Virus record (IMG/VR): IMGVR_UViG_3300031450_000130
Span: 1-28,508 of that record
From: a virus
Lineage: Duplodnaviria; Caudoviricetes
Direction: 5' to 3' (one strand)
Length of the DNA: 28,508 nt
The translations under genes were made by a program, and so were the position numbers. This document shows positions 1 through 9,025 of this stretch, one piece after another. Below the pieces are notes generated by a model. That model had not been told where the DNA came from and searched no databases. It saw only the letters and a program-made list of their open reading frames with translations. Each line of letters starts with the position of its first letter. Within the stretch, counting starts at the first letter, position 1.

Positions 1-76
1 CAAACCGCGGCGCGATCCGGTCCACAACGCCGTCCAACTCAACCGACCAACCCATAACGTCCAATCGCATCACCAT
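1..76 (-). CDS. IS701-family-like transposase, 5' fragment running off the window
   Basis: GGAGG RBS, then ATG at 76 reading MVMRLDVMGWSVELDGVVDRIAPRF, which resembles the W..EL.....RI.PRF N-terminus of IS701 transposases. Only 25 codons are visible. Confidence 0.5.
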   Translation of the reverse strand, partial: MVMRLDVMGWSVELDGVVDRIAPRF

Positions 77-127
77 GACAGGACACCTCCGACCAGGTCT
101 AACGCGCAAACCCGGCTGTAGTATTAG
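1..127 (-). mobile_element. End of a putative IS701-family element
   Basis: Minus strand 127->113 reads CTAATACTACAGCCG, similar to IS701-type termini (CGGCTGTAGTATTAG on +), about 40 nt upstream of the transposase-like start. Confidence 0.45.
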
Positions 128-244
128 ACCAATGTCGTCCTGACTGGAAACGCGCTTGCGTTGCCGGTCAGGGCGGCAAAATTGGTCGCTCGAAAAATGC
201 TAGACCGCAGTAGCTCTGACACAGTCATAGCTACTGCGGTCTAG
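125..244. repeat. ~120-bp double-hairpin palindromic element (Bru-RS/CIR/RIME-like architecture)
   Basis: TAGACC + hairpin 1 (GACCAAT-GTCGTCCTGACTGG..CCGGTCAGGGCGGC-AAA-ATTGGTC, with G-T pairs) + A-rich linker + hairpin 2 at 200-244 (CTAGACCGCAGTAGCT..AGCTACTGCGGTCTAG, 16-bp perfect outer stem). Confidence 0.7.
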
Positions 245-278
245 TCACGTTTCAGCTTCGGTAACGGCAGGCTATAGT

Positions 279-698
279 TCAGATAGCCGCCGCGAGCAGG
301 ATAACGCCGACAGCTTTAGCCGCCACGATCAGCGCCTTGTCATTGGTTGCCAGCGGCAAGCCAAGGCGCAGGGCGAGCTCAAGGTAGGTCGCGTCGTAGG
401 CGGTCAGCCGATGCTGCTCGGCGAGGTGGGCCGTCACTGTCCAGGCCTGAGTGGCGGTTTGATCGTCGACGCTGATCGGCAGGGCGTGCAGAAAACTCGC
501 CAGGCGCTGCCGTTCAGCACCAGTGATGCGGCCGCGACGTTCCGCAGTCAGCAGGCCGTTGACCGCCTCGATCGGCCAAAGCTGCGGCACGACAGCGCCG
601 CCTTCGGTCAAGCGATCTAAAACGCCGATATTCGCAGGCGTGTGCTCATCCTCAAAGCACCAGGCAAGGGCGACAGAGTTGTCGAGGACAAAGCTCAC
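279..698 (-). CDS. vapC: Type II TA toxin, VapC/PIN domain
   Basis: 139 aa. N-terminal VLDNSVALAW, W-x-x-E-x-x-N, LTAYDATYLELA and LATND match the PIN acidic residues. Overlaps the antitoxin stop (GTGA). Confidence 0.9.
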   Translation of the reverse strand: MSFVLDNSVALAWCFEDEHTPANIGVLDRLTEGGAVVPQLWPIEAVNGLLTAERRGRITGAERQRLASFLHALPISVDDQTATQAWTVTAHLAEQHRLTAYDATYLELALRLGLPLATNDKALIVAAKAVGVILLAAAI

Positions 699-937
699 CG
701 CCGCCCTTCGCTGACCAGGCCCTTGATCGACAGCCCGCCAAGCTTCAAACCCTTGCTGGCTTGCAGCAGGCTGTCCGCAACGCGACGAGCCTTGGCGCGA
801 TCAAAGCCGGCATCAGCGGGGACCAATCGCGCAATCGGCTTGCCACGCCGCGTGATAAGCACCTCGCCACCCTCCTCGACCTCGTCGAGCAGAGCAGTCA
901 GCCGGTTTTTCGCCTCGAATACCCCAACGCTATGCAT
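695..937 (-). CDS. Type II TA antitoxin, Phd/YefM family
   Basis: MHSVGVFEAKNRLTALLDEVEEGGEVLITRRGKPIARLVP is a typical Phd/YefM fold. ATG 937 preferred to the upstream start at 952. Confidence 0.9.
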   Translation of the reverse strand: MHSVGVFEAKNRLTALLDEVEEGGEVLITRRGKPIARLVPADAGFDRAKARRVADSLLQASKGLKLGGLSIKGLVSEGRR

Positions 938-952
938 ACCATGTCCAATCAT

Positions 953-992
953 CTAGCCAGATGGCTAGCCAGATAGACACAAGCTGCTTGTG
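953..992. promoter_or_regulatory. Probable TA autoregulatory operator
   Basis: CTAGCCAGAT is directly repeated (953-962, 965-974), there is a perfect palindrome TGGCTAGCCA (962-971) and CACAAGC-T-GCTTGTG (978-992), all immediately upstream of the antitoxin. Confidence 0.5.
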
Positions 993-1005
993 ATTTCCAG
1001 TCTAA

Positions 1006-1894
1006 TCAGCCGTTGCTGCACTCCGCCATCAGCGTCGGCACCTCCGCCGCCAGTTCCCGAGCCAAGAAGCCGATCGGGCCGATGCGCTGAGTTAGCCGCC
1101 TTCCCGCCTCACCATGCAGCCACACGGCCCAGCACGCAGCCTGGATTGGCGGCGCTCCACGGGCGAGCAGGCCGGTAACGATACCTGCCAGCACGTCGCC
1201 GGAGCCGCTGGTCGCCAGCCCGACGACGCCGCCCGCATAGGTCCACGCTTCGCCTCCTGGGCTAATGACATGCGTTTGTGCGCCTTTCATCACGACCACT
1301 TGCTGCAGCAGCGCCGCGGCGCGACGGCCGGTGGCGAGCGGGTCGTCCTCGACTTCCGCACGCTCGATGTCCAGCACGTTTGCCATCTCCCCAGCATGCG
1401 GCGTGAGCACGGCACGTCCGGCGTGCGGATGCAGCGCCTCGCGCAGCGCAGCGTGGCCGCATAGCGCCCCCGCATCGAGCACGAGGGCCGGACCGTCCGC
1501 CGGGTCGAGCGGCGCCAGCACACCCTTCACCAGTGCCATGGCCGCATCCGTGTCCATCATGCCGGGACCGAGCAACAGAGCGTCCGTCCGCTTTGCTGCC
1601 TTCGCCAGGGCCTCCGTCGCCTCAGGCCCGAGGTCGCCGGCCTCCGTCTCGGATAGGCCCATTACAAGCGCCTCAGGCAGGCATAGCGCCAGGCCTGGCG
1701 CGATGCTGCGCCCCCGTTGCTACCTGCAGCTTGCCGGCGCCGGCCCGCAACGCCGCCTCGGCCGCCAGCAACGCGGCGCCCGGTACGGCACGGTTGCCGC
1801 CAGCGACCAGGACGCGGCCCCGCTTATCCTTGTCCTCTCCCGGCGGCGGCAACGGGATCGTGCGGAGGAAATCGGCGTCGATCGGCCGCGTCAT
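1006..1894 (-). pseudogene. nnrD: ADP-dependent NAD(P)H-hydrate dehydratase (YjeF C-terminal family), frameshifted
   Basis: ORFs 1673-1894 (KDKRGRVLVAGG..PGAALLAAEAALRAGAGKL) and 1006-1662 (LLGPG, VLDAGAL, LTPHAGE, GLATSGSGDVLAG, WLHG) join into ~295 aa if one base is removed from the C5 run at 1711-1715 (..ATGRSIAPGLALCLPEALVMGL..). Confidence 0.85.
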
Positions 1895-2640
1895 CGTGCA
1901 GCGACCGGGCTGTCTGGCGCCGCCGTTACGGTCTCGCCTTCACGTTCCATGGGAACGGTAAAATTATAGCGCACCAGGCGTAACCCCGAGTCGCTGGCGG
2001 CATACTCGGTGATGCCGCAGTTCGCGACGTCGCCCTCACGGTCCACGCTGAGGATTTCCGCCTCGTCCATGCCCTCCAGCAGATAGCGCAGGCAGAGCAC
2101 GACGACCTGGTGCGCCACGATGAGCACGCGCTCGCCCTCATGATGCAGGTAGATCGTGTCAAGCAGGCTGCGCAAACGGAGGATGACGTCGCACCAGCTC
2201 TCGCCGCCGGGCGGACGGTGATAGAATTTTCCGAGCAGGTTACGAAAGCGGGCCTGGTCGGGGAACTCGGTCTCGATGCCCATCCGGGTCAACAGGTCGA
2301 GCACGCCGAATTCCTTTTCGCGGAGCCGTTCGTCCGCTCCGAACCGCTCGGGGGCGATTGGAGTGCCACCCTGGGCATGAATACGCACGGCGGTGTCGCG
2401 GGCGCGAAGGTATGGTGAGACGAGGACGATCTGCGGTTGCTGCTCGTGCGACATATCGGCGAACCAACGGCCGAGCGCATCGGCCTGGCGCTCGCCGAGC
2501 GGGCTGAGCGGCACGTCCACGTCGCGGATATTCAGGTCGATGCGGGCGTGCCCGGCGACCATGGCCGCGTCGCGCGCGACGTTGCCGGCGCTCTCTCCAT
2601 GCCGTACAATCCAGAGATGCTCAGGCCAGCGCTGCTTCAT
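1891..2640 (-). CDS. Histidine phosphatase (phosphoglycerate mutase-like) family protein
   Basis: RHGES catalytic motif, SPYLRA, LREKEFG, PPGGES, VAHQ. GGAG RBS before ATG 2640. ATGA overlap with nnrD. Confidence 0.9.
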   Translation of the reverse strand: MKQRWPEHLWIVRHGESAGNVARDAAMVAGHARIDLNIRDVDVPLSPLGERQADALGRWFADMSHEQQPQIVLVSPYLRARDTAVRIHAQGGTPIAPERFGADERLREKEFGVLDLLTRMGIETEFPDQARFRNLLGKFYHRPPGGESWCDVILRLRSLLDTIYLHHEGERVLIVAHQVVVLCLRYLLEGMDEAEILSVDREGDVANCGITEYAASDSGLRLVRYNFTVPMEREGETVTAAPDSPVAAR

Positions 2641-2668
2641 TCTCCGCTCCACTTACCAAGGGGCTGGC

Positions 2669-2693
2669 AACGGCTGGGAGAGGCGTGGGTTGC
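2669..2693 (-). promoter_or_regulatory. Putative EcfG/SigT general-stress promoter
   Basis: Minus strand reads GCAAC-N16-CGTT, 28 nt upstream of the ATG. The consensus is GGAAC-N16/17-CGTT. Confidence 0.5.
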
Positions 2694-2945
2694 GGAACGG
2701 AGGCGATTTAACTGTCGCTGCAGCAGCCCCAGCACCGCCTTGCCGAGTCGGCTTAGATGCGGCAACCCAAAGCCATGCAGGCCGACGCTTGTGCGTAGGA
2801 TCGTCGGTTGCCGCCTTGCAAAGGCTTCACTCAACGACGAGGTTCTTGCGCGGGCGAGCGGAGGCCGGTTGCAAACACTGCGGCTTTTGTCGGCGCGCCT
2901 AGGGTTGTATAGATGCGTAATGCCCACGGCTTGCACCCTCTCCTG

Positions 2946-5144
2946 ATGCGTCGATTGATCCTTATGGGGCTTGCGGCCACTGGCGTGCTGGCCGGGTCCG
3001 ACACAGCACGGGCGCAGTTCAGCGGGGTGCGCCGGGCGCGTCCCACAGTAGCGCCGCAGCCGTTAACGCGGACCGACCCGGTGACGTTCACCGCCGACCA
3101 CGTGGAATACGACCGCGACAACGCCATCGTTTCGGCAACCGGCAATGTCGAGGCCTGGCAGAACGACAACGTGCTGCGGGCCGACAAGATCGTGTTCGAC
3201 CGCAACACCAACGTCGCTGCCGCCACTGGGAACGTCGTGATGGTGCAGCCGGATGGGCAGGTGCTGTTCAGCGACTATGCCGAGCTGACCGAGGGCCTGC
3301 GGGACGGCGTGCTGAAGGGCATGCGGGCAATTCTGGCCGAGAACGGCAAGCTGGTGGCGAACGGTGCCCGGCGGACCGAAGGCACGATCAACGAGATGTC
3401 GCGCGCGATCTATTCAACCTGCAACCTGTGCGCCACGGATCCGAGCAAGCCGCCGCTGTGGCAGCTCCGCGCCCGGTCCGCCGTGCAGGATGGGCAAAAC
3501 AAGAAAATCGAGTATCGGGACGTCGTGCTCGACATCTATGGCCTGCCAGTCGCATATTTTCCATACTTTTGGCACGCCGACCCATCGGTTCGGCGTGCCA
3601 GCGGCTTCCTGGTGCCGGCCTTCGGGCAATCGAAGAATTTGGGGGCGTTCGTCGCGGCGCCTTACTTCTGGGCGATCGATGACGTGTCCGACGCGACGAT
3701 CACCCCAACGCTGAGCAGCCAGCAGTATGGCAACCTCAACACCCAGTATCGCCGCCGCTTCAACGACGGAACGCTGGATATCGACACCGGCTTCGGCCGG
3801 GACCTCGGGAAGATCGAGGCCGATATCTTCGCTCGCGGGCGCTTTGCCTATGACGATACCTGGCGCTATGGCTTCGACGTCGACCGGGCTACTACCTCCA
3901 AGTACCTGCGTGACTACCGGGTGAACAACCGGGCGGATGTGTTGACCAGCCGGCTGTTTGTCGAGGGCTTCGGAACCGGCGCCTACACCAAGCTCGACAG
4001 CATCGCCTACCAAGGGCTGGTGGACAGCGTGAAGCAAAACCGGTTGCCGTATGTGCTGCCGCGCTATGAATACAGCTTCTTTGGCCAACCCGATATGCTG
4101 GGCGGACGGCTGTCGTTCGACACACAGAATTTCAATGTGCTGCGGCAGATCGGCACAAATACCCAGCGGGCGGCGGCGACGCTGAATTGGCAGCGCCCAT
4201 TCGCCGGCGCCTTCGGGGAAGTTTACGGCTTGACGTTGCAGGCCGACACCGCCGCTTATGCCGCCACCAGCCTGGACCAGAATCCAAACTTCGCCAGTAA
4301 CGGCAGCGCCGAAACGGCCAGGGCACATCCGCAGGTGGCGATCGACGTGCGCTGGCCGCTGGTGCGGGACGGATGGGGGACTCAGCTGATCGAGCCGCGG
4401 GTGCAGCTCATCGCGGGCCCAAATACCGGGGGCGGACGCAACCAGCGCATTCCCAACGAGGACAGCCTGGACTTCGAGTTCACCGATCAGAACCTGTTCA
4501 GCCTGAACCGCTTTCCCGGAATCGACCGGTTGGAGGGCGGAATACGGGCCAACGTGGCGCTGCATCTGAATTGGACGGCCGGCGGCGCGCAAGTAGACGG
4601 CCTCATCGGCCAGAGCTTCCGCAGCCGTAAGGACGACACCTTCCCGGTGGGCTCTGGCCTGGAGAACCGGGCGTCCGACATCGTCACACGCACGACGGTG
4701 TCGCCAGCCCCGTGGTTCGACCTCACGGGACGGACACGGCTTGACCACAAGACGGCAAATGTGAGGTTCGCGGACGCGATCGGCACGGCGGGAACCCCGT
4801 TGCTGCGGGTGTCAGCGGGATATATCTACTCTGCCGTGAACCCATACTTCCTGTATGATCAGCCGCTGATCCCCGCGAGCTACTTTCAGCATCGGAATGA
4901 AGCGACCGTTTCGGCGAGCACGCAGTTCGACAAGTACCGCGCGTCGGCCTACGTGCGGCGGGATTTGGAGCTATCGAAGCTAAGCAGTGCCGGAGTGCAC
5001 GCCACATACGAGGACGAGTGCTTCGCCTTCGATGTGAGCTATAACCGGCGCTATACGTCGCTGAACGGCGACAACGGCGCCAGCACGATCCTGTTTCAAC
5101 TGACGTTCAAGACAGTCGGCCAGTTCGGCTTGAACCGAATATGA
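2946..5144 (+). CDS. lptD: LPS-assembly outer membrane protein LptD
   Basis: Signal peptide, OstA-like N-domain (ADHVEYD, YSTCNLC, P.WQLRA), SGFLVP, IPNEDS..F...NLFSLNRFPG.DR, C-terminal YEDECF..F.L.FKTVG. Upstream of surA. Confidence 0.93.
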   Translation: MRRLILMGLAATGVLAGSDTARAQFSGVRRARPTVAPQPLTRTDPVTFTADHVEYDRDNAIVSATGNVEAWQNDNVLRADKIVFDRNTNVAAATGNVVMVQPDGQVLFSDYAELTEGLRDGVLKGMRAILAENGKLVANGARRTEGTINEMSRAIYSTCNLCATDPSKPPLWQLRARSAVQDGQNKKIEYRDVVLDIYGLPVAYFPYFWHADPSVRRASGFLVPAFGQSKNLGAFVAAPYFWAIDDVSDATITPTLSSQQYGNLNTQYRRRFNDGTLDIDTGFGRDLGKIEADIFARGRFAYDDTWRYGFDVDRATTSKYLRDYRVNNRADVLTSRLFVEGFGTGAYTKLDSIAYQGLVDSVKQNRLPYVLPRYEYSFFGQPDMLGGRLSFDTQNFNVLRQIGTNTQRAAATLNWQRPFAGAFGEVYGLTLQADTAAYAATSLDQNPNFASNGSAETARAHPQVAIDVRWPLVRDGWGTQLIEPRVQLIAGPNTGGGRNQRIPNEDSLDFEFTDQNLFSLNRFPGIDRLEGGIRANVALHLNWTAGGAQVDGLIGQSFRSRKDDTFPVGSGLENRASDIVTRTTVSPAPWFDLTGRTRLDHKTANVRFADAIGTAGTPLLRVSAGYIYSAVNPYFLYDQPLIPASYFQHRNEATVSASTQFDKYRASAYVRRDLELSKLSSAGVHATYEDECFAFDVSYNRRYTSLNGDNGASTILFQLTFKTVGQFGLNRI

Positions 5145-6496
5145 TCCCGCGTAGGACCCCCATGCCCATTCAAGGCTTCTCGCTGCTGCTCGTCCCATTT
5201 CTGATGACCGGTTTGCTGATATCCACCGATGTCGGGGCACAGCCGCGCAGGCCGGCGCTGCTGCCGGCAGCGCCATCCGAGACGGCGCCGGATAGCGGGG
5301 GCGGGCAGATCGTCGCCGTCGTAAATGGCGACGTGATCACGACCGGGGACGTCGCCAACCGCGGCAAGCTGTTCGCGCTCAGCACCGGCCTGCCAGTCAC
5401 GCCCGATGTACTGGCCCGGCTGCGGCCGCAAGTCGTAAAACAGCTCGTGGACGAGCGCCTGCGCCTGCAGGAAGTGCAGCGCCGCCGCATCAACGTAAGC
5501 GACCGCGAGATCGCCACTGCCATCGAGGAGATCGAGCAACGCAACGGCATGCCGAAAGGAGCGCTTGGCAGCAGCCTGCGCGGGCAGGGCGTGGCACTCC
5601 GCACGCTGATCGACCAGGTCCGCGTGCAACTGGGTTGGACCCGCGTGCTGCGGCAGGAGCTCGGCGCCAAGTCTGAGGTGACAGACGCCGACGTGGCAGA
5701 GCAGGCGCGCATCTTCAAGGACCAAATCGGCAGGCCCGAATTCCGCGTGGCCGAAATATTCATCTCCGTCGACGACCCTGCCAAGTCCGCCGATGCACGC
5801 CGTTTCGCCGATGCGGTAATCGCGCAGCTCCGGGCCGGCGCACCGTTTGCCGTCGTGGCCGCGCAGTTCAGCCAGAGTCAGACAGCGCTGCAGGGTGGCG
5901 ATCTCGGCTGGGTGCGAGCAAGCCAGCTGGATCCGGAGGTCGCCAACGTGGTGCGTGAGATGCCGCCCGGTGCGATCAGCAACCCGATCGAGGTGCCCGG
6001 CGGTATCAGCATCGTCACGCTCCGCACCAAGCGCGAGATCGGGCGGGACCAGTCGACCGCGATGAGCATACGCCAAGTATTCTTGCCCTTCGTCGGCGCG
6101 CTGAACCCGGCCGCCCCGACCGAACAGCAGCGCAAGGCCGTGGAGCAGGCACAGGCGGTCAGCCGTAACGTGAAAAGCTGCAAGGACATGGAGGACGCGA
6201 ACCAGCGTGCCGGCACCGTGCGCCCATCTGACCCTGGCGAGGTGAAGCTGGAAACGGTGGCGTCGGTGCCGTTGCGCACCTTGCTGTCTGGGCTGGCCAT
6301 CGGTGTGCCGAGCAAGCCCGTCGTTGCCACCGAGGGCGTTGCTGTCGTGATGGTGTGCTCACGCGAGGTGAAGACCGCGTCCGCGCCGACCAAGGAAGAG
6401 GTGAGCGAACGGCTGCTGCAGGAGCGTGTGGAGCTGACCTCCCGGCAGCTGCAGCGGGATTTGCGCCGCCGTGCAATGATGGATGAGCGGGCGTAG
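5141..6496 (+). CDS. surA: SurA-like periplasmic chaperone / parvulin PPIase
   Basis: IVAVVNGDVIT, QLVDERLRLQE, rotamase motif FAVVAAQFSQSQTALQGGDLGW. Synteny with lptD. Start uncertain. Confidence 0.88.
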   Translation: MIPRRTPMPIQGFSLLLVPFLMTGLLISTDVGAQPRRPALLPAAPSETAPDSGGGQIVAVVNGDVITTGDVANRGKLFALSTGLPVTPDVLARLRPQVVKQLVDERLRLQEVQRRRINVSDREIATAIEEIEQRNGMPKGALGSSLRGQGVALRTLIDQVRVQLGWTRVLRQELGAKSEVTDADVAEQARIFKDQIGRPEFRVAEIFISVDDPAKSADARRFADAVIAQLRAGAPFAVVAAQFSQSQTALQGGDLGWVRASQLDPEVANVVREMPPGAISNPIEVPGGISIVTLRTKREIGRDQSTAMSIRQVFLPFVGALNPAAPTEQQRKAVEQAQAVSRNVKSCKDMEDANQRAGTVRPSDPGEVKLETVASVPLRTLLSGLAIGVPSKPVVATEGVAVVMVCSREVKTASAPTKEEVSERLLQERVELTSRQLQRDLRRRAMMDERA

Positions 6497-6508
6497 CGCC
6501 TGGACCCT

Positions 6509-7327
6509 TTGCCGCTTGGCTCGCTTCCGCCGCTTCGGGACGTCATCGCGCGTTACGGACTTGGAGCGCGAAAAAAGCTCGGCCAGCATTTTCTGCTGGA
6601 TGCAAACCTCACCGGGCGGATTGCCCGGCAGGCCGGCGAACTCGAAGGCCGGCATGTCGTCGAAGTCGGCCCCGGTCCTGGCGGCCTGACCCGCGCGCTG
6701 TTGAGCACTCAGGCTGCGAGCGTGCTGGCCATCGAGGTCGATGCTCGCGCAATACAGGCCTTGGCGGAGCTGGAGGCCGTGCATCCCATTCGGCTGCGCG
6801 TGCTTGCGGCGGATGCGACGCGGACCGATCTGGCGACGCTGGCGCCAGCGCCCCGGCAGATCATCGCCAACCTGCCCTATAACGTCGCGACCCCGCTGCT
6901 GATTGGCTGGCTGCGGCAGGCGGCGGCATGGGAGCGCATGACGCTGATGTTCCAGTTGGAAGTCGCCGAGCGCATCGCCGCCGCACCGGACACACCAGCC
7001 TACGGACGGCTGTCGGTGCTGGCGCAATGGACCTGTGGCGTGGCGCTGCTGATGCGCCTGCCGCCCGCGGCATTCATACCGCCGCCAAAGGTATGGTCGG
7101 CGGTTGTAGGCCTCGTGCCGCTCGCGGCCCAGCCATCCCCTGCGCTGTTCGCCGCCATGGAACGGCTGACCGCGGCGGCATTCGGGCAACGGCGCAAGAT
7201 GCTGCGCGGCTCGCTTCGGCCACTCGGGGGTGAAGCGTTGCTGGAGCGAGCTGGCATCGCACCAGAGCGTCGCGCCGAGACGCTGGATATCGCGGAGTTC
7301 GACCGGCTGGCGCGACTTACGGCTTAG
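6509..7327 (+). CDS. rsmA: 16S rRNA m6,2A1518/1519 dimethyltransferase
   Basis: KKLGQHFLLD, VEVGPGPGGLT, ANLPYNVAT, MFQLEVAERI, YGRLSV, F.PPPKV.S, FGQRRKMLR. Confidence 0.96.
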   Translation: MPLGSLPPLRDVIARYGLGARKKLGQHFLLDANLTGRIARQAGELEGRHVVEVGPGPGGLTRALLSTQAASVLAIEVDARAIQALAELEAVHPIRLRVLAADATRTDLATLAPAPRQIIANLPYNVATPLLIGWLRQAAAWERMTLMFQLEVAERIAAAPDTPAYGRLSVLAQWTCGVALLMRLPPAAFIPPPKVWSAVVGLVPLAAQPSPALFAAMERLTAAAFGQRRKMLRGSLRPLGGEALLERAGIAPERRAETLDIAEFDRLARLTA

Positions 7328-7500
7328 ATACCTGCGCTAGCGCCGCTCACGCCCCACAGTACCACAACAATAACGCCATTCCGACTCCAAACCAAATATG
7401 ACGGGACTGATCGCGCTAAGCCCGCTACATCGTCCCTCGTATGGCCAGTTGCAACAATGGCGGCTGGCGTAGTCACGCAGCTTTTGGCAGGCAGGACAGT

Positions 7501-8997
7501 ATGGCTGAGGCAGAGAGCTGGAATGTTGAACGCTGGTTCCACCGGTTCCTTCCCCGTTGGCGTTTGGTCAGGACCAATGCGGCCAATCCGGCAGCCCTGC
7601 AGGCCCGGCGGCGGCAACTGGCCAAGGCGCTGGAGCCGCTCGCGCCGACACCGGAACAGCAGGATTCGGTAGAGCAGCGGATCGCGCATTTCGCCCTTAC
7701 GGACGATCTGTTGCAGCTGTCCAATCGGGCGACGATCCTGGCACAACTCGAGCGGTCGATCACCCGAGCGCAACAAACAGCGAGCGGCCTCGCGGTGCTT
7801 TTCCTCGATCTCGACCGGTTCAACCGGGTGAACGGGTCACGCGGCCACGCCATCGATGACCTTCTGTTGGTCGAAGTCGCAGCACGGATGCAAGCGTCCA
7901 TGCGTGAGGGGGACACGGTCGGACGCATGGGCGGAAACGAGTTCGCGGTGGTGTTCCCCGGTGTGTCATCGGTCGAGCAGGCCGGACGGTCGGCCCAGCG
8001 CCTGGCGACCTTGATCCGTGCACCTTATGTGTTGAGCGGGGAAAGCAGCGGAATTGACGTGTCGATCGGCATCGCTTTGTTCCCGGAAGACGGAAGCACG
8101 GCAGAAGAGTTGCTGCGCCGGGCCGATAGCGCGCTTTACCGAGCGAAATCCACCGGGTGCGGCTTAGTCGCGCGCGCGGAACCGCGGACGGCGCTCGACG
8201 ATGCACGGCAGTTGCTGGACGATCTGGACATGGCGCTGGAACGTGACCAGTTCGAGATGACGTATCAGCCTATATTCGACATGAAAACCAGCATACCGCT
8301 TGCATTTGAGGCAATTGTGCAATGGCGGCATCCAAGTCGCGGCATGCTACCGCCATCCGTATTCATCCTTTTATGTGAACGATCGGATCTGATCCATAAG
8401 CTCGGACGTTGGGTGATGCACACGACGTGCACGGAGGCGGCGACCTGGGCGATGCCAGTGCGACTCGCGATCAACTTGTCTCCCGCGCAGTTCTGCCGCG
8501 ACGACCTGGAGCATCAGGTTATCGAAACGCTGCATCGCTCGGGCCTATCGCCTGACCGGCTAGATCTCGAAGTCGCGACTGGCGCGTTGCTGGAGAACTC
8601 GCAACAAGTGCTGTCGACGATGTTGTCCTTGCGGACGCTCGGGGTGCGGCTTGTGCTCGATGATTTCGGGCAAGCGAACGCCTCGCTCAACTCCTTACGG
8701 GATTTCGCTTTTCAGCAGATCAAGATCAGCCCGTCATTCATCGCTGCGATGCTTACCGACCCGGCCACTATGACGAGCGTTCGCGCCGTCTTGACCATGG
8801 CGCTGGAAGCGCAGCTCGACGTGGTAGCCGCAGGCATTGAAAGCCAAGCCCAGCTCGACATTCTAACGCACCTAGAGTGCGGTCAGGTGCAGGGTGCCCT
8901 GCTCGGCGCGCCACTGTCACCGGAGCGAACTCGGAGGTATCTCTGGCAAGTTACCCGGCGCACCGACGGCGAACCATTGTTGCTGGTGGCGGATTAA
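7501..8997 (+). CDS. GGDEF-EAL protein with degenerate catalytic motifs
   Basis: FLDLDRFN..REGDTVGRMGGNEF; YQPI..EAIVQW; DDFGQANASL; VVAAGIE. Start is 7441 or 7501. Confidence 0.88.
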   Translation: MAEAESWNVERWFHRFLPRWRLVRTNAANPAALQARRRQLAKALEPLAPTPEQQDSVEQRIAHFALTDDLLQLSNRATILAQLERSITRAQQTASGLAVLFLDLDRFNRVNGSRGHAIDDLLLVEVAARMQASMREGDTVGRMGGNEFAVVFPGVSSVEQAGRSAQRLATLIRAPYVLSGESSGIDVSIGIALFPEDGSTAEELLRRADSALYRAKSTGCGLVARAEPRTALDDARQLLDDLDMALERDQFEMTYQPIFDMKTSIPLAFEAIVQWRHPSRGMLPPSVFILLCERSDLIHKLGRWVMHTTCTEAATWAMPVRLAINLSPAQFCRDDLEHQVIETLHRSGLSPDRLDLEVATGALLENSQQVLSTMLSLRTLGVRLVLDDFGQANASLNSLRDFAFQQIKISPSFIAAMLTDPATMTSVRAVLTMALEAQLDVVAAGIESQAQLDILTHLECGQVQGALLGAPLSPERTRRYLWQVTRRTDGEPLLLVAD

Positions 8998-9025
8998 GGA
9001 CGCGGCCTCGAAGCAGATCAGCCGG

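Noticed and set aside
3414-7189. Minus-strand ORFs opposite lptD/surA/rsmA (3414-4748, 5096-6076, 6359-7189)
   Set aside because: They are antisense to well-supported core genes and have no recognisable motifs.
8998-9025. attL/attR or tRNA at the module boundary
   Set aside because: The spacer is only 28 bp, with no tRNA-like sequence or repeat partner visible.
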